Source: Candidatus Giovannonibacteria bacterium (GTDB lineage Bacteria > Patescibacteriota > Minisyncoccia > UBA11713 > 2-01-FULL-45-33). Taken from it: a DNA stretch of 16,516 nucleotides. Of the stretch, positions 6,422 through 13,196 are shown one piece after another; position 1 is the first letter of the stretch, and each line of letters begins with the position of its first letter. The notes under the pieces were generated by a model. That model saw only the letters and a program-made list of their open reading frames with translations, searched no databases and had not been told where the DNA came from. The position numbers were made by a program, and so were the translations under genes. The stretch is taken from contig JAUYMO010000015.1 of assembly GCA_030699445.1 (NCBI GenBank), forward strand, positions 1 to 16,516, given 5' to 3'.

Positions 6422-6449
6422 ATTATACATTTTTTGCCATAAAAATCAA
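6422..6449 (-). promoter_or_regulatory. Candidate promoter of the tRNA-Lys/tRNA-Ser unit
   Basis: The minus strand has TTGATT (6449-6444), a 16-nt spacer and a perfect TATAAT (6427-6422). The -10 box ends 12 nt before the tRNA-Lys 5' end. Confidence 0.5.
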
Positions 6450-6474
6450 AACATGCTAAGCTTTTTATATTCAA

Positions 6475-6951
6475 ATGAACCAGCTGATAAACTTATTCGC
6501 TAAATACGGTTTTTATTTTTTTCTGGGGCTTTTGGCGCTGGACGCGGCTATTTTGATTTGGATATTTTTCTTGCGCAAGAATTTCAGAAAAATTTTCGGC
6601 GGCTCTCCGGCAGATGGAGTGAATCTGGAAAAAGTTCTTTTGGAACTGCGGGACAACCAGAATATTTCTGCCGAAAATTTTGAGGAGCTGAAAAAAAGAG
6701 TAGAAGTTTTGGAAGAAGCTCTGCCGAAAAATTTAAGAAAAATCGGGCTCGTGAGATACAATCCTTTTTCCGATGCCGGCGGCGACCAAAGTTTCGCTCT
6801 GGCTTTGCTTAATGAAAAAAATGACGGCCTGATAATTTCATCGCTTTACGGCCGGGAAATGAACCGCGTTTACGCCAAGCCGATCGCGAACGGCGTTTCG
6901 CAATATCAATTAACGGACGAGGAAAAACAGGCGATACAAAATGCAAAGTAG
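6475..6951 (+). CDS. DUF4446 family protein (N-terminal TM helix)
   Basis: The C-terminal core VRYNPFSDAGGDQSFALALLNEKNDGLIISSLYGREMNRVYAKPIANGVSQYQLTDEEKQAI matches the DUF4446 signature as I know it (VRY-x-AF-x-D-x-GG-x-x-SF-S-x-ALLD ... R-x-YAK). Confidence 0.75.
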   Translation: MNQLINLFAKYGFYFFLGLLALDAAILIWIFFLRKNFRKIFGGSPADGVNLEKVLLELRDNQNISAENFEELKKRVEVLEEALPKNLRKIGLVRYNPFSDAGGDQSFALALLNEKNDGLIISSLYGREMNRVYAKPIANGVSQYQLTDEEKQAIQNAK

Positions 6952-8437
6952 ACCGCCAATCGTGGTAATAATGGGTCATATTGACCATGGCAAGACCACA
7001 CTTTTGGATTTTATCAGAAAATCCAGCGTCGCGGCTTCGGAAGCCGGAGGCATCACACAGCATATCGGCGCCTACGAAGTGGACCACGCCGGTAAAAAGA
7101 TAACTTTTTTGGACACGCCCGGGCATGAAGCTTTTTCTAAAATGCGCTCTAGGGGCGCCAAAGTCGCCGACATTGCTATTTTGGTTGTGGCAGCGGACGA
7201 CGGAGTGAAACCCCAAACCAAAGAAGCTTTAGAAACAATAAAAAATGCCGCGATTCCGTTCATGGTGGCGATTAATAAAATAGACAAGCCCGCGGCGGAT
7301 TTGGAAAAAGTAAAAAATGAACTGGCGGAACTCCAGGTTTTTTTGGAAGGAAGAGGAGGCAATGTTCCTTACGCGGAAATTTCCGCCAAACAGGGAACGG
7401 GGGTGGACCATCTTTTGGAAGTAATTTTACTTTTGGCAGAGATGGAAGAGATCACGGCCGACCCGAAAAGTTTCGCTTCCGGCTTGGTAATAGAATCGCA
7501 TAGGGACCCTAAAAGAGGCGTTACCTCAACCTTGCTTGTCATAAACGGCACGCTTAAAAAAGGGGAATACGTCGCGGCTGGGGAAGCCGTGGCTAAAGTA
7601 AAAATTTTGGAAAATTTCAAAGGCGAGGCGATGGATTCGGCGGGGCCGTCCCAGCCGGCGGTGGTTGTCGGCTTTGATAAAACTCCGCAGGTTGGAGCGG
7701 AATTTAAAACTTTCTTTTCGCAAAAAGACGCTTTGCTGGCTTCTTCAGCAGCGGTCGCGAAAAATGCGCTCTTGCCCGACTCCTCGAAACCTGGTTTTGA
7801 GGCTTCAAAAAAACCAGGTTTCTTCCCGTCGGGCGATTCCTTGGGCTTGGTTATAAAAACAGATGTTTTGGGCTCGGCAGAAGCGATTTCGCATGAAATA
7901 GAAAAATTGAAAAACGAAAAACTTAACCTTAAAATTTTGCGCTCCGGCGCCGGAGATTTGTCCGAAGACGATATTAAAATGGCGGCTTCATCCGCCCTGC
8001 CTTTAGCCATCGCTTTTAAAGTTGGGATTTCGGACTCCGCCCGGGAGCTGGCCCGGCGCATGGGGGTGGAGATTGCCGAGTTTGAAATTATTTATGACGT
8101 CGCCGATTTTTTAAAAAAGAAAATTGAAGCAGTTTTGCCCAAGGAAGAAAATAAAATTCTTTTGGGGCGCGCTAAAATTTTGAGGATTTTCCCAGCGAAA
8201 GCCGCCCCTGCAATGCGGGGGCAGATTATCGGCGGGAAAGTGTCGGAAGGAGTTTTGAAAAAAAGTGCCACTTTTGATATTTTACGCCGCGATAAAAAAA
8301 TCGGCGAAGGGAAAATTGAAAATCTGCAACAGGGGAAAATAAATGTTCCGGAGGTTCCGGCGGGCGGTGAATTCGGTGCGCTGGCGGGCGGAAAAATTTC
8401 AATAGCCGAAGGGGACGAATTGGAAATTTTTGAGTGA
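6941..8437 (+). CDS. infB: Translation initiation factor IF-2, short form that starts at the G domain
   Basis: The sequence RPPIVVIMGHIDHGKTTLLDFIR...ITQHIGAYEV...FLDTPGHEAFSKMRSRGAKVADIAILVVAADDGVKPQT...NKIDK supplies G1-G4. Domain II and the C-terminal domains follow (VIKTDVLGSAEAI..., IIYDVADFLKK). It overlaps DUF4446 by 11 nt and rbfA by 4 nt. Confidence 0.92.
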   Translation: MQSRPPIVVIMGHIDHGKTTLLDFIRKSSVAASEAGGITQHIGAYEVDHAGKKITFLDTPGHEAFSKMRSRGAKVADIAILVVAADDGVKPQTKEALETIKNAAIPFMVAINKIDKPAADLEKVKNELAELQVFLEGRGGNVPYAEISAKQGTGVDHLLEVILLLAEMEEITADPKSFASGLVIESHRDPKRGVTSTLLVINGTLKKGEYVAAGEAVAKVKILENFKGEAMDSAGPSQPAVVVGFDKTPQVGAEFKTFFSQKDALLASSAAVAKNALLPDSSKPGFEASKKPGFFPSGDSLGLVIKTDVLGSAEAISHEIEKLKNEKLNLKILRSGAGDLSEDDIKMAASSALPLAIAFKVGISDSARELARRMGVEIAEFEIIYDVADFLKKKIEAVLPKEENKILLGRAKILRIFPAKAAPAMRGQIIGGKVSEGVLKKSATFDILRRDKKIGEGKIENLQQGKINVPEVPAGGEFGALAGGKISIAEGDELEIFE

Positions 8438-8784
8438 TGGCGCATCAAATGCCCCACCAGCAAGAAAGATTCGCTTCGTTTTTAAGAAGAGAAATCGCCG
8501 GATTTCTCCAGCAAAACGCCTCGCGCGATGAAAACGTATTTATATCCGTAACCAGGGTTATTACAAAAGAGCGGTCGGACAAAGCCGAGGTTTTAATTTC
8601 CATTTTTCCGGATAAAAACGCGGACGCGATTTTTCACAACATAAAACGGCTGGAAAAAAGCGCCCGCAAATACATCGCTTCCCGTTCGCGCCGGCAGTTT
8701 ATCCCGCTGATTAAATTTGTTTTATACGGCGGAGACAAATCGGCGAACCTTGAAAATTTGCTGGAAAAAGTTAAAAATGAATAA
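8434..8784 (+). CDS. rbfA: Ribosome-binding factor A
   Basis: An ATGA overlap with infB gives the classic infB-rbfA order. The sequence is RbfA-like: RFASFLRREIAGFL...VFISVTRVITKERSDKAEVLISIF...LEKSARKYIASRSRRQFIPLIKFV. Confidence 0.8.
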   Translation: MMAHQMPHQQERFASFLRREIAGFLQQNASRDENVFISVTRVITKERSDKAEVLISIFPDKNADAIFHNIKRLEKSARKYIASRSRRQFIPLIKFVLYGGDKSANLENLLEKVKNE

Positions 8785-8804
8785 AGTGGTAAGTAAAATT
8801 TTTG

Positions 8805-8876
8805 AGGCCTGGGGGGGAATTGAACCCCCGTATAAGGGATTTGCAGTCCCTTGCCTTACCACTTGGCTACCAGGCC
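8805..8876 (-). tRNA. tRNA-Cys (anticodon GCA)
   Basis: The reverse complement has acceptor GGCCTGG/CCAGGCC, anticodon stem AGGGA/TCCCT with loop CTGCAAA, and T arm GGGGG-TTCAATT-CCCCC. The discriminator U is the Cys identity element. Confidence 0.9.
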
Positions 8877-8915
8877 ATATTCAAAATTTTACGTCGAAAT
8901 GCGATTAAAATCAAT

Positions 8916-8997
8916 GCCTCCGTGGCGGAAATGGCATACGCGCGGCGCTTAGGACGCCGTCCCGAAAGGGTTAGAGGTTCAAATCCTCTCGGAGGCA
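8916..8997 (+). tRNA. tRNA-Leu (anticodon TAG), class II
   Basis: The acceptor is GCCTCCG/CGGAGGC and the anticodon stem is CGGCG/CGCCG with loop CTTAGGA. The variable arm is CCC-GAAA-GGG, the T arm is AGAGG-TTCAAAT-CCTCT and the discriminator is A. Confidence 0.9.
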
Positions 8998-9003
8998 AAA
9001 ATC

Positions 9004-9074
9004 GCGGCCATGGTTTAGTGGTAGAACATGTCCTTGCCAAGGACAGGATGGGGGTTCGATTCCCCCTGGCCGCA
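9004..9074 (+). tRNA. tRNA-Gly (anticodon GCC)
   Basis: The acceptor is GCGGCCA/TGGCCGC and the anticodon stem is TGTCC/GGACA with loop TTGCCAA. The T arm is GGGGG-TTCGATT-CCCCC and the discriminator is A. Confidence 0.9.
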
Positions 9075-9111
9075 TAAAAATTAGGAAAATTTTTTTAAAC
9101 GTTTATATTTT

Positions 9112-9495
9112 ATGCTTTTAGTAAAAACAAAAATCGGACCGAGTAAGATAAATGGCATCGGGCTTTTCACAGATCAATTTATTCCAAAAGAAACTCTTGT
9201 GCAAAAATTTATGCCAGGATTTGATTTGGAGATTTCTGAGAATGATATACCAAACTTGTCCGAACCGGCGCGCGAACAATTTCTTAAATACGCTTATAAA
9301 AACAAGGGCGGATATTATATTCTTTGTTTTGATGATACTAGATTTCTTAATCATGCGGATAATCCAAATTTAATAAGCAATGATTCCGATGAAGAAATTG
9401 ATATTGCGGCTAGAGATATTCAAAAGGGAGAGGAACTCACGGTAAATTACAAAGAATTTGACACAGATTTTGATTACAAAATGGGCATTCATTGA
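9112..9495 (+). CDS. Minimal SET-domain protein (putative protein-lysine methyltransferase)
   Basis: The 127-aa product carries the three SET signatures. These are the GxG AdoMet loop (KINGIGLFT), RFLNHADNPN (the R-F-x-N-H-x-x-x-P-N pseudoknot motif) and GEELTVNY (the E-E-L-T-x-x-Y catalytic Tyr). Confidence 0.75.
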   Translation: MLLVKTKIGPSKINGIGLFTDQFIPKETLVQKFMPGFDLEISENDIPNLSEPAREQFLKYAYKNKGGYYILCFDDTRFLNHADNPNLISNDSDEEIDIAARDIQKGEELTVNYKEFDTDFDYKMGIH

Positions 9496-9533
9496 TTTGT
9501 GACTATGCCCGCTTTTGGTTGTTATTATAAAAT

Positions 9534-9833
9534 ATGCCTCAAAAAAGAATAACCGTCCGTGTTATGGGACGGGTGCAGATGGTGATGTTCCGGGATTTCG
9601 CCAAGAGAAAAGCGCGCGGTCTGGGGCTTATGGGATTTGTAAAAAATGACACCGACGGAAGCGTAAGAGTTGTTGCGGAAGGCGACGAGGAAGTTCTTAA
9701 GCGATTCATTGAATTATTGCGCGAAGGGCCTATTTTTGGTAAAGTAGAAAACATTATGGTTGATTGGGAAGAGCCGACTTTTGAATTTACTTCGTTTGAA
9801 ATTATTTACCCGCCTGCCGGTCGGGCAGGTTAA
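9534..9833 (+). CDS. acyP: Acylphosphatase
   Basis: The sequence ITVRVMGRVQMVMFRDFAKRKARGLGLMGFVKNDTDGSVRVVAEGDEEVLKRFIELLREGP matches the acylphosphatase pattern V-x-G-x-V-Q-G-V-x-F-R...L-G-L-x-G-W-V-x-N-x-x-D-G-x-V. The loop Gly is replaced by Met. Confidence 0.8.
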   Translation: MPQKRITVRVMGRVQMVMFRDFAKRKARGLGLMGFVKNDTDGSVRVVAEGDEEVLKRFIELLREGPIFGKVENIMVDWEEPTFEFTSFEIIYPPAGRAG

Positions 9834-9851
9834 AAACAAATTTTCGCGGTT

Positions 9852-10520
9852 ATGAATTGCATCGGCATTATTATGGACGGCAACCGGCGGTGGGCGAAAG
9901 AAAAAAACCTTCCGCAGTTCGCGGGGCACGAAGCAGGTTACCAAAAATTTTTGGAAGTTATGGGATGGGCGCGCGACGCGAGCATCCGCAATTTAATTGT
10001 CTACGCGTTTTCCACAGAAAACTGGAACCGCCCCGAGGAAGAAGTTTCATATCTAATGAAGCTGATTGAGAGAATTATTGAAGAGCGCGCCCAAAAAATC
10101 GCGGAAGAAAAGGCGCGGGTTAAATTTATTGGAGAGCTGGATAAATTCCCGGAACGCGTCAGAAAAAGCATGAAAGAGCTTGAAGAAAAAACGGCGATGT
10201 TTAAAGATTACACATTGGGCATCGCGGTTAATTACGGAGGAAGAGCGGAAATCCTATCCGCTATAAAGCGCCTCCCGCAAAATATTACGCAAAATTTAAC
10301 CGAAGAAGAATTTTCAAAATATTTATGGACAGGCGACTTTCCGGAACCGGAACTGATTATTCGCACGGGCGGGCAAAAACGGCTTTCTAATTTTCTTTTA
10401 TGGAAAGCCGCCTATTCCGAACTTTATTTTACCGATACCTATTGGCCGGCTTTTTCCAAAGAGGAATTTTTGTCAGCGATAAATTTTTTCGCAGAAACCA
10501 AGCGCAATTTCGGAAAATAA
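9852..10520 (+). CDS. uppS: Isoprenyl transferase (undecaprenyl-diphosphate synthase family)
   Basis: Family motifs are present: IGIIMDGNRRWAKEKNLP...GHEAG...VYAFSTENWNRPEEEVSYLM...IRTGGQKRLSNFLLWKAAYSELYFTDTYWPAF. Confidence 0.92.
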   Translation: MNCIGIIMDGNRRWAKEKNLPQFAGHEAGYQKFLEVMGWARDASIRNLIVYAFSTENWNRPEEEVSYLMKLIERIIEERAQKIAEEKARVKFIGELDKFPERVRKSMKELEEKTAMFKDYTLGIAVNYGGRAEILSAIKRLPQNITQNLTEEEFSKYLWTGDFPEPELIIRTGGQKRLSNFLLWKAAYSELYFTDTYWPAFSKEEFLSAINFFAETKRNFGK

Positions 10521-10532
10521 AAATTTACTATA

Positions 10533-10614
10533 TGCCGCCGGTGGGAGTTGAACCCACACCCCTTGCGGGACACGATCTTAAGTCGTGCGCGTATGCCAGT
10601 TTCGCCACGGCGGC
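10533..10614 (-). tRNA. tRNA-Leu (anticodon TAA), class II
   Basis: The reverse complement has acceptor GCCGCCG/CGGCGGC and anticodon stem CACGA/TCGTG with loop CTTAAGA. The variable arm is CCC-GCAA-GGG, the T arm is GTGGG-TTCAACT-CCCAC and the discriminator is A. Confidence 0.9.
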
Positions 10615-10635
10615 GTAGTAAAATTTTACACCTTT

Positions 10636-12174
10636 TTATATTATTAGGAAAGCCCACCAAGGGGTTTTTTCGCTGATGACCTCGCCGGTTTCGGCGTTAA
10701 TAAAAAGTTCAACTTCCATTTTGGCCGGTATTAAAAACAAAATTCTTGCGCGCTTCTCTACTTTTACTTCATAAAAATGATTGTTAAAAGCAGGCTTAAT
10801 ATCTGTGATTGAAACAAAGTTTTTATTTTCCAGAAGTTTTTGCGAAATTTCAGATTCAGTTTTAATCACAAGAGGTTTTATTTTAACATCTTCTGTTTTT
10901 GGCAGCTCGGTTTGGATTTTTTGAATTGGCGAGATTGGGAGTGGCGCCGGAGGCGAAGGAATTATGGTTTTAGCTGAAGGCGTTGGGGAGGTTTGTTTTG
11001 CGGCTGGCGCCGGCAGCGTTGTCGGCATTGGCGCAGGAGGGGCAACGGGTGGAATGACTGGCGGAGTGATGGGAGCCGTGGCAGCCGCAGCCGGAGGCTT
11101 TATCACAATGGTTATGCTTTTCCCGCGCGTTGCGTCATAAGTCCCGGCAGTTTTTGAAGGAAACAGGGAGATATTCACCGCCTGATTGGTTTGGCTTTTA
11201 TTTTGAAAATAGAGTTTTAAATTGCCGTTCGCTGTTAAAGAATCGCTAAAAGCCAGTTTGTCGCAAGGCAAAATAGAGCTCGGATTTTTTGATGATGTTG
11301 CCGAAACAGATTCAACGCAGAATATGCTGATATTAGCCCCCTTAGCATTAGTTGTTGCCCAATTCAAAGTTACGGGCTCGCCGTAATTTGCCAATGTTGT
11401 TGAAGCTGCAAAATAAGTTACCTCCGGATCCGGCAATATATCGGAAGCAATGGTTACGGTAATATTCGCGGCGTGCGTCGCGTCGTAACTTTTTGGAGAG
11501 ATAGCCGGCAGCAAGGTAAATTGCAGAGGAACGGCTTCGGTTAAGGAATTATAAAAATTTAAAGCCAAAGTTCCCGAAGGCGCGAGGTCGCTTGTAAAAA
11601 CCGGTTTTCCGCAGGGCATGGTTCCGGTAAATGAAGCGGAAGTAACACGGATTCCTTCTTTGCATTCAATTTGCAGATTAACTCCGTCAACGCCCGCGGC
11701 GGATTGCCATGATAAAACCGCCGGTTTTTCAGGCAGTGTGGTTTCTGGAGAAGCGGAAAATTTTATAATCGGCTGGGCGAGAGCCGCTACTGCCAATGTC
11801 GCGTCTTTGCTTCCGGCGCCATAATCTTGGCCCGATGCGTTTTTCGGCGTAAGCGTAGCGGTTATAACGCGGGAAAACCCCGATGTATTATAAACATAAA
11901 AAGTGAGCAGGTCGTTGACTTTAGCGGTAGTTGAAATTTTATTGCCGCAGCTGAACGCGCTTCCGCTGAAATATTTAAATTTAATGCCTGTGTAGCATGG
12001 AATTATAAATGAATATCCTCCGGCTTCCTGCAATTGCCAGGCGAAGCTCGCGACATCTCCGGAAGCAATGGAGGCGGGAGAGACAACAAAAGTGGTAACG
12101 GAAGGATTTTGAGCGAAAGCGAAAAACGGCAGCGCGAATAATGTAAAAAGCGCGATTTTTAGCGCGAGCTTCAT
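10636..12174 (-). CDS. Secreted surface protein: signal peptide, three Ig-like repeats, Pro-rich linker and a PepSY-like C-terminal domain
   Basis: The signal peptide is MKLALKIALFTLFALPFFAFA|QNP. Three ~105-aa repeats (aa 25-129, 135-242, 250-358) each have a conserved W, two Cys and a terminal (Y)DAT...I/V-x-I. A ~58-aa P/A/T-rich linker follows. The C-terminus FYEVKVEKRARILFLIPAKMEVELFINAETGEVISEKTPWW resembles PepSY (YEV...D/N-A-x-T-G-E-V). Confidence 0.8.
   Translation of the reverse strand: MKLALKIALFTLFALPFFAFAQNPSVTTFVVSPASIASGDVASFAWQLQEAGGYSFIIPCYTGIKFKYFSGSAFSCGNKISTTAKVNDLLTFYVYNTSGFSRVITATLTPKNASGQDYGAGSKDATLAVAALAQPIIKFSASPETTLPEKPAVLSWQSAAGVDGVNLQIECKEGIRVTSASFTGTMPCGKPVFTSDLAPSGTLALNFYNSLTEAVPLQFTLLPAISPKSYDATHAANITVTIASDILPDPEVTYFAASTTLANYGEPVTLNWATTNAKGANISIFCVESVSATSSKNPSSILPCDKLAFSDSLTANGNLKLYFQNKSQTNQAVNISLFPSKTAGTYDATRGKSITIVIKPPAAAATAPITPPVIPPVAPPAPMPTTLPAPAAKQTSPTPSAKTIIPSPPAPLPISPIQKIQTELPKTEDVKIKPLVIKTESEISQKLLENKNFVSITDIKPAFNNHFYEVKVEKRARILFLIPAKMEVELFINAETGEVISEKTPWWAFLII
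11101..12102 (-). repeat. Three tandem ~105-codon intragenic repeats (Ig-like modules) within the 512-aa gene
   Basis: Unit starts align as VTTFVVSPASIASGDVASFAW / IIKFSASPETTLPEKPAVLSW / VTYFAASTTLANYGEPVTLNW. Unit ends align as SKDATLAV / SYDATHAANITVTI / TYDATRGKSITIVI. The Cys pairs are C60/C76, C171/C188 and C286/C304. Confidence 0.65.
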
Positions 12175-12181
12175 GCCGGCG

Positions 12182-12493
12182 CTAGGACGGAGTTAAAATC
12201 GGAGTCAAATTTTGGCTTGGGCAAGACGAGGTAAAAGGAAGAAGAGACGGACTGGTTCCGAAAACAGTCCTGTAAATCGCGAACACAAGTCCCCACATCG
12301 CCAGCATCACAAAAAGCCCGAAAAGTCCGTAGGTAATGTATTTTCTTCCTTGCCCGACTTTCTTTTCGTCCTCGCCGGCAATGACGTATTGTATCACTCC
12401 CCATAAAAAAACAAGAGTGGCAACAATAAACAAAAGACTGGTCAATTGTTTTATCACGACTACGATATTGCAGATTATTGTTGAGACAGTCAT
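12182..12493 (-). CDS. VirB2/TrbC-like two-helix mini-pilin paralogue (P4, no signal peptide)
   Basis: The core is LLFIVATLVFLWGVIQYVIAGEDEKKVGQGRKYITYGLFGLFVMLAMWGLV, read as helix, charged A-G-x-D-E loop, G-K, then a G-L-x-G-L helix. It starts 2 nt after the P3 stop. The tail is rich in Ser, Pro and Thr. Confidence 0.7.
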   Translation of the reverse strand: MTVSTIICNIVVVIKQLTSLLFIVATLVFLWGVIQYVIAGEDEKKVGQGRKYITYGLFGLFVMLAMWGLVFAIYRTVFGTSPSLLPFTSSCPSQNLTPILTPS

Positions 12494-12495
12494 AT

Positions 12496-12759
12496 TTATT
12501 TAAAGAAATTTTTTAATATTGTGATGATTGCTTCAACGGAAATCATAATTAAAAGCCCCAGCAACCCCCAAATCATATGGCTTTTTCCTTTTGTCCGCGC
12601 GTCTTCATTTGCGGCTCCGGCGATAAACTCCACCACGCCGTAAAGAAATACCACCGCGCCCAAAACCAAAAGCAAATAAGTAATCGGGTCTAAAATGGAT
12701 TGCTGAATGGTTTTGATTAAATCGTCAACTGTTCTGGCGTATGCTACGGCAATCATCAC
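12496..12759 (-). CDS. VirB2/TrbC-like two-helix mini-pilin paralogue (P3, vestigial signal-peptide end)
   Basis: The core is YLLLVLGAVVFLYGVVEFIAGAANEDARTKGKSHMIWGLLGLLIMISV. The N-terminus MMIAVAYA|RTVDD aligns with the last residues of the P2 signal peptide (LFAYA|ADV), but the rest of that peptide is missing. Confidence 0.7.
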   Translation of the reverse strand: MMIAVAYARTVDDLIKTIQQSILDPITYLLLVLGAVVFLYGVVEFIAGAANEDARTKGKSHMIWGLLGLLIMISVEAIITILKNFFK

Positions 12760-12771
12760 TTTGTTTTAGAA

Positions 12772-13128
12772 TTAAGGCGATGGCGGCACATCTCCAGGGC
12801 CAGGCGGTATAACTCCTCCCCCTACTCCGAATTGGGAAACCAGCGCGCGGACCACTCCCCAGATGGCTACCATAAGGAAAAGGCCTATCAGCCCGAAAAT
12901 TATAAAGCTCTTGCCCTCTTTCAATTTGTCTTCGTCACCGCCCGCGGTAATGTATCTGATAACGCCCCAAAGAAAGACAATGGTGGCGATAATCATCAAT
13001 ATGGGAATAATCCGGTTCAAAATGATTTGCGTTTGGTAAAGGATTGAAATCACATCCGCGGCGTAGGCGAAAAGTGGCGCCAGCAATGCCGCGGAAACAG
13101 AAATTTTAACCAGTGTTTTTATGTTCAT
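12772..13128 (-). CDS. VirB2/TrbC-like two-helix mini-pilin paralogue (P2, with signal peptide)
   Basis: The signal peptide is MNIKTLVKISVSAALLAPLFAYA|AD. The core is ILMIIATIVFLWGVIRYITAGGDEDKLKEGKSFIIFGLIGLFLMVAIWGVV. The tail is Gly/Pro-rich (GVGGGVIPPGPGDVPPSP). Confidence 0.75.
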   Translation of the reverse strand: MNIKTLVKISVSAALLAPLFAYAADVISILYQTQIILNRIIPILMIIATIVFLWGVIRYITAGGDEDKLKEGKSFIIFGLIGLFLMVAIWGVVRALVSQFGVGGGVIPPGPGDVPPSP

Positions 13129-13196
13129 AGATATATAATACTATTAATTTTAATTTTATACGACCTTTTATAATTTTTTAACCTATATTTATAATA

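Noticed and set aside
7369-8061. A 230-aa ORF antisense to infB, together with the other antisense or off-frame ORFs inside infB and the DUF4446 3' end (6809-7216, 7072-7362, 7229-7411, 7526-7723, 7665-7856, 8092-8463)
   Set aside because: They lie opposite or out of frame to a strongly conserved IF-2 reading frame. They are low-complexity (S/A/K/F-rich) and carry no recognisable motif, so I treat them as shadow ORFs.
8717-9077. ORFs 8717-8908 and 8802-9077, and similarly 6152-6355, 10400-10618, 10439-10660, 3133-3459 and 2705-3109
   Set aside because: Each runs through one or more well-folded tRNA genes or is an alternative frame of a supported gene. They are artefacts of stop-poor, structured RNA sequence.
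9813-9829. The hairpin CCTGCC-GGTCG-GGCAGG at the end of acyP, considered as an intrinsic terminator
   Set aside because: It lies within the last codons. It is followed by TTAAAAACAAA rather than a U-tract, and uppS starts 18 nt after the acyP stop, so co-transcription is more likely.
12760-12771. A possible stop-codon read-through or fusion of P2 and P3, which share a frame and lie 12 nt apart
   Set aside because: Counting the P2 terminator itself, two in-frame TAA codons separate the ORFs. The P2 tail is a low-complexity G/P terminus typical of a genuine C-terminus. Separate genes are the simpler reading.
13129-13196. An internal promoter in the 68-nt AT-rich gap between P1 and P2. The minus strand contains several TATAAA and TATTAT boxes.
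   Set aside because: The sequence is so AT-rich that -10-like hexamers occur by chance, and I could not pair any with a convincing -35. I note it as possible but do not annotate it.
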